Shown: piece by piece, positions 38,847 to 48,584 of the stretch
Layout of the letters: each line of letters opens with the position of its first letter
How positions within the stretch are numbered: position 1 is the stretch's first letter
Assembly: GCA_900617105.1 (NCBI GenBank)
Contig: UYFQ01000023.1
Location: 496,001-560,000 of the forward strand
Length of the DNA: 64,000 nucleotides
Reading direction: 5' to 3'
DNA from: Hydrurus foetidus
Lineage: Eukaryota
The notes under the pieces: generated by a model
Database searches by the model: none
What the model saw: the letters and a program-made list of their open reading frames with translations, nothing else
What the model was told of the DNA's origin: nothing
Program-made: the position numbers and the translations under genes

Positions 38847-40010
38847 ATGCTCTTCCAATCTTCCCTCCGCAAAGAGCTGGCCCGCAGCTTTGGTGCCACC
38901 TTTGTCGTGCTGCTCACTATCGTCATGACGATGACGCTGTTCCGCGTGCTGGGCCTGACCTCGCGCGGCGGCGTAGACCCCTCTGATTTGATGGTGGTGA
39001 TGTGGTACACGGTGCTGGGCCAGTTGTCAGCACTGCTTTCGCTCAGCCTCTCGGTCGCCATTGTGGGCACCGTCTCTCGCATGTACCGGGACAGCGAAAT
39101 GGTGATTTGGTTCACCGGTGGCAAAGGCTTGGGCGGCTTTATCGCCCCCACCTTTCGCTTTGCGTGGCCCGTGCTGCTGGTGATTGCGCTGCTGACGCTG
39201 GTGGTCTCTCCTTGGTCTACCCAGCAAACACAAGACATGAAAAACCGCTTTGAGAAGCGCGGTGACCTTGACCGCGTGGCCCCAGGGCAGTTTCAAGAAT
39301 CGGCGGGAGGCAAAAAGGTCTTTTTCATCGACAAAGCATCCCCCGATGCGCAATCGGGCAAAAACATTTTCATTTCATCCAACGAAAAAGGCAAAGAAGC
39401 CATCACCAGTGCGCTGAGTGGGCACATCGAAACGCTGCAAAAAGACAAAAGTCAACCCGCCGGATCCTCCGTGGAAGGTAAATTTCTGATCCTCAACCAC
39501 GGCCAGCGGCTGGAAAACGCCACCGGAGACAAGCGCATCAAAATCAGTGATTTCGAGGTCTACGGCACCCAACTCGGGGCCAACACCACCAGCAGCGCCA
39601 GCGAAATCCCCGCTGCAGCCCGCACCACCCTGACCTTGCTGCGCGAACCCACCCCCACCAACTTAGGCCAACTCGCGTGGCGCATCGGCTTGGTGCTCGC
39701 CTCGATCAACTTTGTCGGTCTGGCCCTGGCAGCCGCCACCAGCAACCCCAGGGCCGGGCGCAGCGGCAACATGGCGTTTGCCGCGTTTGCCTTCTTCTTG
39801 GTGTTCCAGTTGCTCAATTTAGGGCAAACCTGGATCGCCACCGGCAAAGCCAGCTTCACCGGTGTCACGCTGGGCCTGCATGGCAGCACCTTGTTGCTGG
39901 TGTGGTTGTGGATAGCCAAACTGCACTTCAATTGGTCATGGCGCTTTTTGCTGCCCACCCGCAGCATGCCAATGCCCGCATTGGCTGATTACGCCGTCAA
40001 AACCCCATGA
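38847..40010 (+). CDS. lptF: LPS export ABC permease
   Basis: SRMYRDSEMVIW, PGQFQE, NPRAGRS; paired with lptG. Confidence 0.93.
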   Translation: MLFQSSLRKELARSFGATFVVLLTIVMTMTLFRVLGLTSRGGVDPSDLMVVMWYTVLGQLSALLSLSLSVAIVGTVSRMYRDSEMVIWFTGGKGLGGFIAPTFRFAWPVLLVIALLTLVVSPWSTQQTQDMKNRFEKRGDLDRVAPGQFQESAGGKKVFFIDKASPDAQSGKNIFISSNEKGKEAITSALSGHIETLQKDKSQPAGSSVEGKFLILNHGQRLENATGDKRIKISDFEVYGTQLGANTTSSASEIPAAARTTLTLLREPTPTNLGQLAWRIGLVLASINFVGLALAAATSNPRAGRSGNMAFAAFAFFLVFQLLNLGQTWIATGKASFTGVTLGLHGSTLLLVWLWIAKLHFNWSWRFLLPTRSMPMPALADYAVKTP

Positions 40011-41134
40011 AAACCCTGCGCCGCCTGATTTACCGCGAGGTGCTGATTTCCATCGCCTATGTGACGCTGGGCTTTTTGGCCCTGTTCTTTTTCTTCGATT
40101 TGGTGGACGAAATGCAGGCCGTGGGCCGCTACGGGGCCAAAGGCTACAGCGTGGCCTACGCATTTTTGTACGTCACCCTGCTGATCCCCAGCCACCTCTA
40201 CGAGCTGCTGCCCATCGTGGTGCTGATTGGCACTATTTTTGTGATGTCGCGCTTCGCCCAAAGTTCGGAATACACCATTTTGCGCACCAGTGGCCTGGGG
40301 CCGTGGCGGGCACTGCGCACCTTGCTGGGCTTGGGCTTGGGCTTTGTGCTGCTGACCTTCCTCTGCGGAGACTACCTCGCGCCGTTGAGCGACCGCACCG
40401 CGCAACTGCTGAAATCGCGCTTTGAGGGCAACATCACCACCGGTCAAACCGGCGCATGGCTCAAAGAGCGCCAACGCTACCAGTCTTACGCCGTCAATGT
40501 GGCTGGCATCGCCCCTGACGGCCGCCTGCTGGGCGTGCGGATTTTCGAGTTTGACGGCAAAGGCGCCCTGGTGTCGCAAACCACCGCCCCCAAAGCCAGC
40601 TTTGACCAAAGCGAGGCTTGGTTGCTGGAAGACGCTGACCGTAGCGAATTTCAACCTGCGCAACCCGCCACGCCAGCCTCCGCAGCCGCACGCACCCAAA
40701 TCACCCGCGCCCAGATCCCCAGCTTCCGCTGGCCCACCGAAATATCAGCCGAGATGGTCTCCGTCGCCCTGCTCAAACCCGAACGCATGGCCACGCTGGA
40801 TTTGTTCCAGTACATCCGCCACCTGAACGCCAACGGCCAATCGGCACAGCGCTACGAGATCGAATTCTGGAAAAAAGTCTTCTACCCCCTCGCCTGCCTG
40901 GTGATGGTGGTGCTGGCCTTGCCCTTCGCCTACCTGCACTTTCGCACCAGCGGTATCACCAGCTACGTGTTTGGCGGCGTGATGATTGGCATCAGCTTCT
41001 TTCTGGTCAACAACGTCTTCGGCCACGTCGGCAACCTGCGCCACTGGGAACCCTGGCTGACGGCTGCCGCACCGGGGTTCATCTATTCACTGCTCTCGCT
41101 CGCAGCCTTCAGTTGGCTGGTGCTGCGGCGTTAA
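40007..41134 (+). CDS. lptG: LPS export ABC permease
   Basis: SSEYTILRTSG, GAWLKE, YEIEFWKKVFYP; ATGA overlap with lptF. Confidence 0.93.
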   Translation: MKTLRRLIYREVLISIAYVTLGFLALFFFFDLVDEMQAVGRYGAKGYSVAYAFLYVTLLIPSHLYELLPIVVLIGTIFVMSRFAQSSEYTILRTSGLGPWRALRTLLGLGLGFVLLTFLCGDYLAPLSDRTAQLLKSRFEGNITTGQTGAWLKERQRYQSYAVNVAGIAPDGRLLGVRIFEFDGKGALVSQTTAPKASFDQSEAWLLEDADRSEFQPAQPATPASAAARTQITRAQIPSFRWPTEISAEMVSVALLKPERMATLDLFQYIRHLNANGQSAQRYEIEFWKKVFYPLACLVMVVLALPFAYLHFRTSGITSYVFGGVMIGISFFLVNNVFGHVGNLRHWEPWLTAAAPGFIYSLLSLAAFSWLVLRR

Positions 41135-41147
41135 AAGGCCATACCCC

Positions 41148-41546
41148 ATGACATCCCCCATGACCCCCCCTGTGCCCACCACCATGAAACAAGGCATCAT
41201 CTTGTTCGCCCACGGCTCGCGTGACCCCCTTTGGCGCGGGCCGATTGAATCCGTTGCAGCCCGCATCAAAACCCGCTCACCCGACAGTCTGGTCGGCTGC
41301 GCCTACCTGGAACTCAGCACGCCAGATTTGTCAACCCTTGCTTCGCAATTGATAGCTGAAGGTGCATGCCAGTTGCGTATATTGCCCATGTTTCTCGGTG
41401 TAGGAAAGCACGCCCGCGAAGACCTGCCCGTGCTGGTGGATGCGCTGCGGCAGGCGCACCCTGGGGTGGCCATTGAAGTCAAAACCTCGGTCGGCGAAGA
41501 GGCCCGTTTGCTGGACTTGCTGGCGGACATTGCACTGGGCGATTGA
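41148..41546 (+). CDS. CbiX/SirB-type chelatase domain protein
   Basis: LFAHGSRDP, AYLEL, PMFLGVGKHAREDLP. Confidence 0.9.
   Translation: MTSPMTPPVPTTMKQGIILFAHGSRDPLWRGPIESVAARIKTRSPDSLVGCAYLELSTPDLSTLASQLIAEGACQLRILPMFLGVGKHAREDLPVLVDALRQAHPGVAIEVKTSVGEEARLLDLLADIALGD
41340..41393 (-). repeat. Degenerate copy of the dispersed motif inside cbiX
   Basis: Plus strand GCTTC-N7-ATAGCT-N26-GCCCATGTTT; weaker match than the other copies. Confidence 0.4.
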
Positions 41547-41551
41547 GTCAT

Positions 41552-41878
41552 TTAAGGTTGCAACGCGATGATCGCCATGCCCATGAGTGCTACCACCGCG
41601 CCAGCCACATCCCAACGCGTTAACGCCACGCCATCCACCGCCCATAGCCATGCCAGCGCGGTAGCTATGTACACGCCGCCATAGGCGGCATAAATGCGCC
41701 CAGTGGCGCTGGGATGCAAAGTCAGCAACCCCGCGAACAGCGCCAGAAAAAAGGCCGCAGGCAAGAGCCACCATGCCGACTTGTCTTGCTTGATGACCCA
41801 CCACACCAGATAGCAGCCTGCGATCTCGGCCAGCGCGGTGAGGGTAAACAGCGCTGTGGTTTTCAAAAAATAGAGCAC
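41552..41878 (-). CDS. ynfA: YnfA (UPF0060) small membrane protein
   Basis: [26 protein letters not shown]. Confidence 0.9.
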   Translation of the reverse strand: MLYFLKTTALFTLTALAEIAGCYLVWWVIKQDKSAWWLLPAAFFLALFAGLLTLHPSATGRIYAAYGGVYIATALAWLWAVDGVALTRWDVAGAVVALMGMAIIALQP

Positions 41879-41896
41879 ATGACTTCCTTGAGGCGC

Positions 41897-44800
41897 TCAA
41901 AAGGCTTCGCTGCCAGCGTCTTCAAGCAGACGGGCTATAGGTTTGGCACCCCACAACTTGACCATCGCTGGGGTCAAAAACGCATCGAGCAGGGTGGAGG
42001 TGAGCAGCCCCGAGAAAATCACCACCGCCACCGGGTGCAAAATTTCGGTGCCTGGCATGTCGGCCTCGAACAGCAGCGGGGCCAGGGCCAGCGCGGCAAC
42101 CAAGGCTGTCATCAGCACGGGGGTCAAACGCTCCAGAGAGCCACGCAAAAGCATGGCATCGCCAAAATTTTCGCCCTCAAATGCGCACAGGTTGATGTAG
42201 TGCGACACCTTCAAAATACCGTTGCGGATGGCGATGCCTGCCAACGTGATGAAGCCCACCAGCGCCGCCACCGACAGGGGTTGACCCGACAGCCACAGCC
42301 CGGCTACCGCCCCCACCAGCGCCAGCGGAATGTTCGCCATCACGATTGCGGCCAGCACGCTTGAGCGGTAACGGGCGTACAGCAGCAGAAAAATCAGCGC
42401 CGTCGAGGCCAGTGACAGCAAACCAATCAAACGGCTCGCATCTTCTTGCGCCTGGAACTGACCTCCCAGGGTGATGAAATACCCTTCGGGCAGCTTGAAC
42501 TCGCCCGTGGCAGCACGTATATCGGCCACCACCGCACTGATGGCGCGGCCCTGCGCATTGGCTGACAACACGATGCGGCGGCGGCCATCGTCACGGCTGA
42601 TTTGGTTCGGGCCGTCGGATTCCTCCACCGTGGCCAACTGCGACAGCGGCACGCGCCCGGCTGGGGTGTCGATCATCAGCTGCTTCAGCCCTTCGATGCC
42701 GCGCGCCGATTCAGGCAAGCGCAGCACCAGATTGAAGCGGCGGCTGCCCTCCACCACTTGGCTCAGGCGCTCGCCATCGACCAGTGTTTGCAGCTCTTGC
42801 AGCAGCTTGGGTGCCGCCAGCCCGTACTGGGCGGCGCGGTCGTAGTCCACACGGATTTTGATTTGGGGTGTCAGCACCTGCTTTTCCACCTCCAAATCCA
42901 CCAGCCCCGCGATACGGCTGAGGCGTTGGCGCAGGGTTTCGGCCTGCCCGCGCAGGGTGTCGAGGTCATCGCCGTAAATTTTGATGGCGATAGACGCACG
43001 CACGCCCGACAGCATGTGGTCAATGCGGTGGCTGATGGGTTGCCCAATGCTGATGGCAGCTGGCAGGCTGCTGATGCGCTCGCGGATGTCGGTGTAAATG
43101 GCAGCCACACTGCGCTCGCTGCGTTTGAGCTTCAAGTCCAGCTCTGACACATGAACGCCCTCGGCGTGCTCGTCCAACTCGGCCCGGCCTGAGCGGCGGC
43201 CTACGTGCTCGACCTCGGGCACACCGCGCAAGGCGTTTTCTGCCAAGGTGCCCAAACGTGCCGTCTCGGCCAGCGTGGTGCCGGGGTTCAGGCGCAAACC
43301 CACCAGCGCCACACCTTCGTTAAACGGGGGCAAAAACGTGGTGGGGAACAAGGGCACGGCAGCCATCGCCAACACCACGGCCATGCCACCGGCCAGCAGC
43401 CAACGGCGTGGCCCACGCAGCACCACTTGTAAAAATACCGCATAACGGGCTTTCACCCAGGCTTGAACCCTTGTGTCGCCGTGGTCAAGCGATTTCATGC
43501 GCGGCAACAGGTAATAGGCCATCACCGGCGTGAGCGTCACCGACACCAGCATGGAGGCCAGCAGCGAGACGATGTACGCCACCGCCAGCGGCTGCATCAA
43601 GCGCCCTTCCACGCCCGGCAAAAAGAACAGCGGCAGCAGCACCAATGCCGTGATGACGGTGGCCAGCACGATCACCGAGCGCACCTCCAGCGTGGCTTTG
43701 GCAATCAGGGCCAGTGGCGAGAGGCGCTCACTGGCTGCCACCAAACGGTTTTCTTTCATGCGGCGCAACACGTTTTCAACGCCCACCACGGCATCGTCCA
43801 CCAGCTCGCCGATGGCAATCGTCAAGCCGCCCAACGTCATGGTGTTGATGGAAAAGCCAAAGTACTGGAACACCAAGACCGTTGCCAAAATGGACACCGG
43901 AATCGCCGCCAGCGAGATCACCGTGGTGCGCAGGTTCATCAAAAAGAAATACAGCACCACAGCCACCACGACAGCAGCGGTTGCCAGCTTGGCTTGCAGC
44001 GTGGACACAGAGGCTTCGATAAAGCTGGCTTGGCGCATGGTGACTTTGGGGGCTCCCATGCCTGCGGGCAAGCTTTTGCTTAACTGCGCCAAGGCTTCTT
44101 CCACCTGTTTGGTAAGCTTCACGGTGTCCGCAGCAGGTTGTTTTTGGATGCCCAAAATCACGGCGGGCTGGCCGTTCAAGCCTGCATCGCCACGCCGGAT
44201 GGCGGGGGCGAAAGTGACTTTGGCGACCTGGCTGAGCTGCACCGCCCGTTGGTTGCGGTAAGCCACCGGCAAACGCTGCAAGTCTTCTAAGCGCAGCGTG
44301 CGCCCCAGGTTGCGGATCAGGTATTCACGCCCGTTGACCTCCAGAAAGCCACCGCTGGTGTTGCTAGAGAAATTCTTCACCGCGTCCGCAATGGCTTCCA
44401 CCGACACGCCCAACGCGGCCATGCGGGCGGTGTCGGGCTGCACCTGGTACTGGCGCACCTCGCCACCAATCGGCACCACCTGCGCCACACCAGGGAGGGT
44501 CAACAAGCGCGGACGCATCACAAAATCCGCATACTCGCGCACCGCCATCGGCGTGGTTTTGGCGGTGTCAATGGGCAGGGCCAGCAGCATGATTTCACCC
44601 ATCACGGAGCTGATAGGCCCCATGCCCACATGGGTCACACCAGAGGGCAATTGCTCGCGCACCGTGGACAAGCGCTCACCCACCATCTGGCGGGCGCGGT
44701 AGATGTCGGTCTTCCAGTCAAAGGTGATGTAGACGAAGGCCAAACCCATGCTGGAGATGGAGCGCACGCTTTCCACGCCGGGCAAGCCGCCCATCGCGGT

Positions 44801-45010
44801 TTCCAGGGGGAAGGTGATGAGCTGTTCCACCTCTTCAGGCGCCATGCCACCCGCCTCGGCTTGCAGCGTGACGGTGGGTTTGTTCAGATCAGGGAACACA
44901 TCCACAGGCATTCGCACCAGCGAAAAAGCACCGTAGATCAACAACACAGCAGCCACCACCAACACAATCAGCCGGTGGTGCAGCGCGGAATGAACCAGTT
45001 TGTCAAACAT
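41897..45010 (-). CDS. Heavy-metal efflux RND permease (CzcA/CusA family)
   Basis: VDVFPDL, PEEVEQLIT, INTMTLGG..GELVDDA, FLPPFNEG, ERLTPVLMTA. Confidence 0.93.
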   Translation of the reverse strand: MFDKLVHSALHHRLIVLVVAAVLLIYGAFSLVRMPVDVFPDLNKPTVTLQAEAGGMAPEEVEQLITFPLETAMGGLPGVESVRSISSMGLAFVYITFDWKTDIYRARQMVGERLSTVREQLPSGVTHVGMGPISSVMGEIMLLALPIDTAKTTPMAVREYADFVMRPRLLTLPGVAQVVPIGGEVRQYQVQPDTARMAALGVSVEAIADAVKNFSSNTSGGFLEVNGREYLIRNLGRTLRLEDLQRLPVAYRNQRAVQLSQVAKVTFAPAIRRGDAGLNGQPAVILGIQKQPAADTVKLTKQVEEALAQLSKSLPAGMGAPKVTMRQASFIEASVSTLQAKLATAAVVVAVVLYFFLMNLRTTVISLAAIPVSILATVLVFQYFGFSINTMTLGGLTIAIGELVDDAVVGVENVLRRMKENRLVAASERLSPLALIAKATLEVRSVIVLATVITALVLLPLFFLPGVEGRLMQPLAVAYIVSLLASMLVSVTLTPVMAYYLLPRMKSLDHGDTRVQAWVKARYAVFLQVVLRGPRRWLLAGGMAVVLAMAAVPLFPTTFLPPFNEGVALVGLRLNPGTTLAETARLGTLAENALRGVPEVEHVGRRSGRAELDEHAEGVHVSELDLKLKRSERSVAAIYTDIRERISSLPAAISIGQPISHRIDHMLSGVRASIAIKIYGDDLDTLRGQAETLRQRLSRIAGLVDLEVEKQVLTPQIKIRVDYDRAAQYGLAAPKLLQELQTLVDGERLSQVVEGSRRFNLVLRLPESARGIEGLKQLMIDTPAGRVPLSQLATVEESDGPNQISRDDGRRRIVLSANAQGRAISAVVADIRAATGEFKLPEGYFITLGGQFQAQEDASRLIGLLSLASTALIFLLLYARYRSSVLAAIVMANIPLALVGAVAGLWLSGQPLSVAALVGFITLAGIAIRNGILKVSHYINLCAFEGENFGDAMLLRGSLERLTPVLMTALVAALALAPLLFEADMPGTEILHPVAVVIFSGLLTSTLLDAFLTPAMVKLWGAKPIARLLEDAGSEAF

Positions 45011-45022
45011 AAGGGGCTCCCT

Positions 45023-46159
45023 TCAACGCACTTGGTTGACCAACTGCGCACCCTGTGTCACCACACGGTCGCCCGACTTCAAACCGTCCAGCACCGACAC
45101 GCTGGCCCCGTCCAACGGGGCAAAACGCACGCTGCGTGGCTCAAACTGCTCGGCACCGGCGTGTACCCACACCACATCTTGGTTGCTGGGGCTTTTGACC
45201 AGTGCGGCAGTGGGCAACACCCAGCCTTTCACCAGCTCTTGCGTTTGCACCAGCACCTTGAGCGGCTGGTTCACCGCCAAAGGCAGGGCTTGTATTGATA
45301 TACCCGTGGTACGGAACTGCAAGGGAATCGCGCCCTCGACCCACGTGCGCCCTGCCCCGACAAACTGCAAAGCGATGCGCGTCCCCGGTGCAGGCACGGC
45401 GTAGGCACTGGCAATGTGGCCCAGCAGACTGGCATCAAACGCGCTGGCTTCGATCCGCAGGCGCGTGGGGTCTACGATCTCAAACAACACCTCGCGGGCG
45501 TCTACCACCTGCCCGGCCACCACGTTGGCCGCAGCAATCACGCCGGACACGGGGGCCACCAGCGCTTCTGTGGCCGATACGCTGGGGCTGACGGCAGCAA
45601 GGCGCTGCGTCAAACTGCCCACCTCAGCCTGTGCAGCCTCGGTGTCTTTTTGCGGCACGGTGCCTTCCAGTTGCACCAGCCGGGCAGCGCGTTTGCGGGC
45701 TAACTCCAAATTGCCGCTCAACTCAGCGATCAGCGCCTGCTGGTTGCTGCGCTCTATCGCACTGACGGACGACCGCACCACAGCCAGCACTTCGCCTTTT
45801 TTCACCGCTTGGCCCAACTGCGGCAAGCCACGCGGCCCGGCGTCGATGCGCCCCGCTTGCAGCGGCTGCACGCGGCCACCGGCGTTCGGGTCAGCCACCA
45901 CACGGCCTGTCAATTCCACGGTTTTGGGCTGGGTGCTTATCTGCGCGATAACGGTTTGCACACCCAGTTGACGCTGTGACAGCTTGGGCAAAAACACCGA
46001 TCCATCGGGCTGACGCTTGGGCGCATTGCCGCTGCTACCGTGGGCCGCCGCAGGCGCTTCGGCGTGGTCATGGCCTTCGCCTGAATAGGCATCAAAACTG
46101 GCTGTAACGCACAAACAGAAAGCAGCAGCAGCTATAAATTTGAGAGTATTCGAGTTCAT
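45023..46159 (-). CDS. RND periplasmic adaptor (CzcB-like)
   Basis: GQAVKKGEVL, APVSGVI, GLKSGDRVVTQGA; GEGHDH after leader. Confidence 0.88.
   Translation of the reverse strand: MNSNTLKFIAAAAFCLCVTASFDAYSGEGHDHAEAPAAAHGSSGNAPKRQPDGSVFLPKLSQRQLGVQTVIAQISTQPKTVELTGRVVADPNAGGRVQPLQAGRIDAGPRGLPQLGQAVKKGEVLAVVRSSVSAIERSNQQALIAELSGNLELARKRAARLVQLEGTVPQKDTEAAQAEVGSLTQRLAAVSPSVSATEALVAPVSGVIAAANVVAGQVVDAREVLFEIVDPTRLRIEASAFDASLLGHIASAYAVPAPGTRIALQFVGAGRTWVEGAIPLQFRTTGISIQALPLAVNQPLKVLVQTQELVKGWVLPTAALVKSPSNQDVVWVHAGAEQFEPRSVRFAPLDGASVSVLDGLKSGDRVVTQGAQLVNQVR
46094..46147 (+). repeat. Dispersed ~55-bp motif, copy in the adaptor signal-peptide coding region
   Basis: AAAACTGGC-N27-AGCTAT-AAATTTG-AGAGT. 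Confidence 0.6.
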
Positions 46160-46168
46160 AGGGTGCTT

Positions 46169-46753
46169 TCAGCCTTTGGCAGGGTTTAAGACACGTGCGC
46201 GGCGGCGAAGGATGACCAGCAGCGTCACGAACGTCAGCAAAGTCAAAGCGGCATAAGCTGACCATCGCAGCCAAGGTCGCGCCACGCTGGCCTCAGCAGC
46301 ATGCACATCGTCATGCGGGGGAACCGTCAATTCACCGGCCAGCACATCGGTGTCTTTGCCAGATTGAAGGGTCAGCGTGATCGGGTAGGTGCCGGGTTGC
46401 AGGAACGGTTTGGCGGAGAAGCTGTAGTCGCCGATATCGGCATGAAACGCGCCCACCAGCTTGGTACTGCCGGACACCAACTCCACATGGGCTTGCAGCA
46501 CCGGGGCATTGGTGTCGTAGCGGTCAATCAACAAGCTCAACTCACCGTTCGCCAAGGTGCCCACCACCTCAAACAGGTCAGAATGCGCCTCAAAACGAGG
46601 GGCTGCTTGGCCTGAGGAACTGGCCGCAGGCGCTGGCCCGTGGTCATGCCCCTCACCGGCGAAGCTGCTGGTTTGAAACGCTATTAAAACAGTAGCAATA
46701 AAAGCATATATGGCAAGCGGTAGATGGTTAAAAAGTTTAGAAATAAGGTTCAT
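46169..46753 (-). CDS. Hypothetical periplasmic, C-terminally anchored protein of the metal efflux locus
   Basis: Leader, GEGHDHG, beta-rich core, PHDDVH, C-terminal TM + RRR. Confidence 0.75.
   Translation of the reverse strand: MNLISKLFNHLPLAIYAFIATVLIAFQTSSFAGEGHDHGPAPAASSSGQAAPRFEAHSDLFEVVGTLANGELSLLIDRYDTNAPVLQAHVELVSGSTKLVGAFHADIGDYSFSAKPFLQPGTYPITLTLQSGKDTDVLAGELTVPPHDDVHAAEASVARPWLRWSAYAALTLLTFVTLLVILRRRARVLNPAKG
46680..46735 (-). repeat. Dispersed motif variant in a signal-peptide coding region
   Basis: Plus strand GCTAT-TAAAACA-GTAGC followed by an AT-rich tail; distal 9-mer diverged. Confidence 0.5.
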
Positions 46754-48006
46754 GGCAGCAATCCGTAGGCTTGGTTGAGGCGGGAAATGGCGATGCGCAC
46801 TTCGGTGCGGGCGCGGTAAAAGGTGAGGTCAGCGTCGTACTTCTCATGCTCGGCACGCAGCCGGGTGGGCAAATCGCTTTGGCCCAGGCGGTAGCTCTTG
46901 GAGATCAACGTCTGTACCTCGGCGCTGACTTGCGCACGCTGCGCGGCCACGGCCTCGGTGCTGCGGGCGTGGGCGAGGTTGGCCTCAGCGGCTTGAATTG
47001 CTGCTTGAAGTTGGCGCGTCACCGCATCGGCGCGGGCCTGCTGGGTGTCCAGCTCCGCACGGGCAGCGGCCAGCTTGGCCGCGTTGCGCTGATCGCCCCC
47101 CAAAGGAATACGCAGTGCCAAGCGCAAACTGCTGTTCGGCGGGGCACCATCCGCACTGCGGTCGCGAACCAAGCCCACACCCAGTTCCATCGGATCACGC
47201 TGGTCAGCTTGCGCCAAGGCGAGGCGAGCAAGTGCCGATTCCACCCCGGCACGCGCTTCGACCGCCAGGGGGTGCAGAGACGCAAATGACGTGATGGAAG
47301 GCGCAGCGGCAGAAACTTCGAGCCACCCCAAAGCTTCGTTCAACACCGACACCGTGGCCTCGCCCGTCAGCGCGGCCCACTGGGTTTGCAGCAGGGTGAG
47401 CTGGTTCTGTGCCTGGGCTTTTATCAGCGCTGTTTGGTGTACCTGTGTCTGCGCTTGCAAGCTGTCAACGCGGGCAACCTCACCCGCACGGTAGCGCCTC
47501 GCCACATCCTGGGCCAATAAATTGGCGTCAATGAGTTTGTGGTCTGCGGCATCGAACTCGCTGTGTTGCAAAGCCACCAGTGCCGCCAGTTCACGCAATT
47601 GACCCGCCAGCCTGAGTTTGGCGGCGCGTTGCTGGCCCTCAAAAAGCCGCTGCTCCGCACTGGCGGCACCCTGCGTGGGCTGGCGCATGCCAGCGTTCCA
47701 CAACGGCACGGCCAGTTCGGCCTCGTAGTCGCGCAGACCCGCACGGCTGCCGATGCGGTCGGTGCGGTGGACGAACCCCAGCCGAGGTGGCCCGGCAAAC
47801 AGCGCCTGGGCTGCCGCACTGCGGGCGGTCAACTCGGCTTTTCGATTGGTGTGGGCTTGCGACTGCGGGCTTTGCGCCCACGCCATCTCCAGCGCATCGC
47901 TCAAGTCCAGTGTGGCAGTGTTGGTATCGTGGGCATGGCCAGGGCTGATAAGCCCCGCACTGCACAGGCCCACAGCGGCGCACAGCCGCCAAAAAGAGGT
48001 ATGCAT
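46750..48006 (-). CDS. TolC/CzcC-family outer membrane efflux protein
   Basis: Leader, two helical repeats (YRAGEVARVD; SYRLGQSDL), upstream of MFP and RND. Confidence 0.88.
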   Translation of the reverse strand: MHTSFWRLCAAVGLCSAGLISPGHAHDTNTATLDLSDALEMAWAQSPQSQAHTNRKAELTARSAAAQALFAGPPRLGFVHRTDRIGSRAGLRDYEAELAVPLWNAGMRQPTQGAASAEQRLFEGQQRAAKLRLAGQLRELAALVALQHSEFDAADHKLIDANLLAQDVARRYRAGEVARVDSLQAQTQVHQTALIKAQAQNQLTLLQTQWAALTGEATVSVLNEALGWLEVSAAAPSITSFASLHPLAVEARAGVESALARLALAQADQRDPMELGVGLVRDRSADGAPPNSSLRLALRIPLGGDQRNAAKLAAARAELDTQQARADAVTRQLQAAIQAAEANLAHARSTEAVAAQRAQVSAEVQTLISKSYRLGQSDLPTRLRAEHEKYDADLTFYRARTEVRIAISRLNQAYGLLP

Positions 48007-48089
48007 TCAGTTCTCCGAAAGTCAAAAAAAACAATGACACTTCGGCGAACCGCAATCCAACAGAAAAGTTTGAAATTAGCGGCCCGCCT

Positions 48090-48479
48090 TCAAGCGGGGA
48101 ACCACTGCGGGCGGTCTATACGGGCCAACGGATGATGCAAGCACAGCGGCAAAAGCCGCGCTTTGTGCGTGATGTTGACCTGAGGAATGACCAGGGGCGA
48201 ACCTTCCAGAACCACCCCGTAGTGCAGCCCATCGTGCGCATGAGCGCTGGCATGCTCAGACGCGGTGAGGGGATCAGCCGCCGCGTGGCCTGCCGTGGTT
48301 GAGGCACTTTCGCCCTGGTCGGCGTGGCTCGCATGGCGATGGTTATGGCTATGGCTATGTTCACCACCAACCGACACCACGGCGGTATCCATCGCGGTGT
48401 TCTCCCACAGGTGCGCGCTGGCCCAGCTCATTTGCAGAGGCAGCACAAAAACCAGTAAAAAAATCAACCATCGCTTCAT
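48090..48479 (-). CDS. His-rich CzcI-like exported protein
   Basis: MKRWLIFLLVFVLPLQMSWA leader, HSHSHNHRHASH, C-terminal RIDRPQW. Confidence 0.65.
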   Translation of the reverse strand: MKRWLIFLLVFVLPLQMSWASAHLWENTAMDTAVVSVGGEHSHSHNHRHASHADQGESASTTAGHAAADPLTASEHASAHAHDGLHYGVVLEGSPLVIPQVNITHKARLLPLCLHHPLARIDRPQWFPA

Positions 48480-48584
48480 GGCGGGGATGGTAGCAGAGCC
48501 GATAAAACCCCGCATCCACCAGCCTGCCCACCACGCCATAGACATTCAAAGCATAATAAACCGCATCAACAGCATGAATCCGTT

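Noticed and set aside
41845..41877. Motif-like AT patch at the ynfA start (similar weak match at 57354-57390)
   Set aside because: Dyad and spacing are imperfect; not counted as copies without a PWM score
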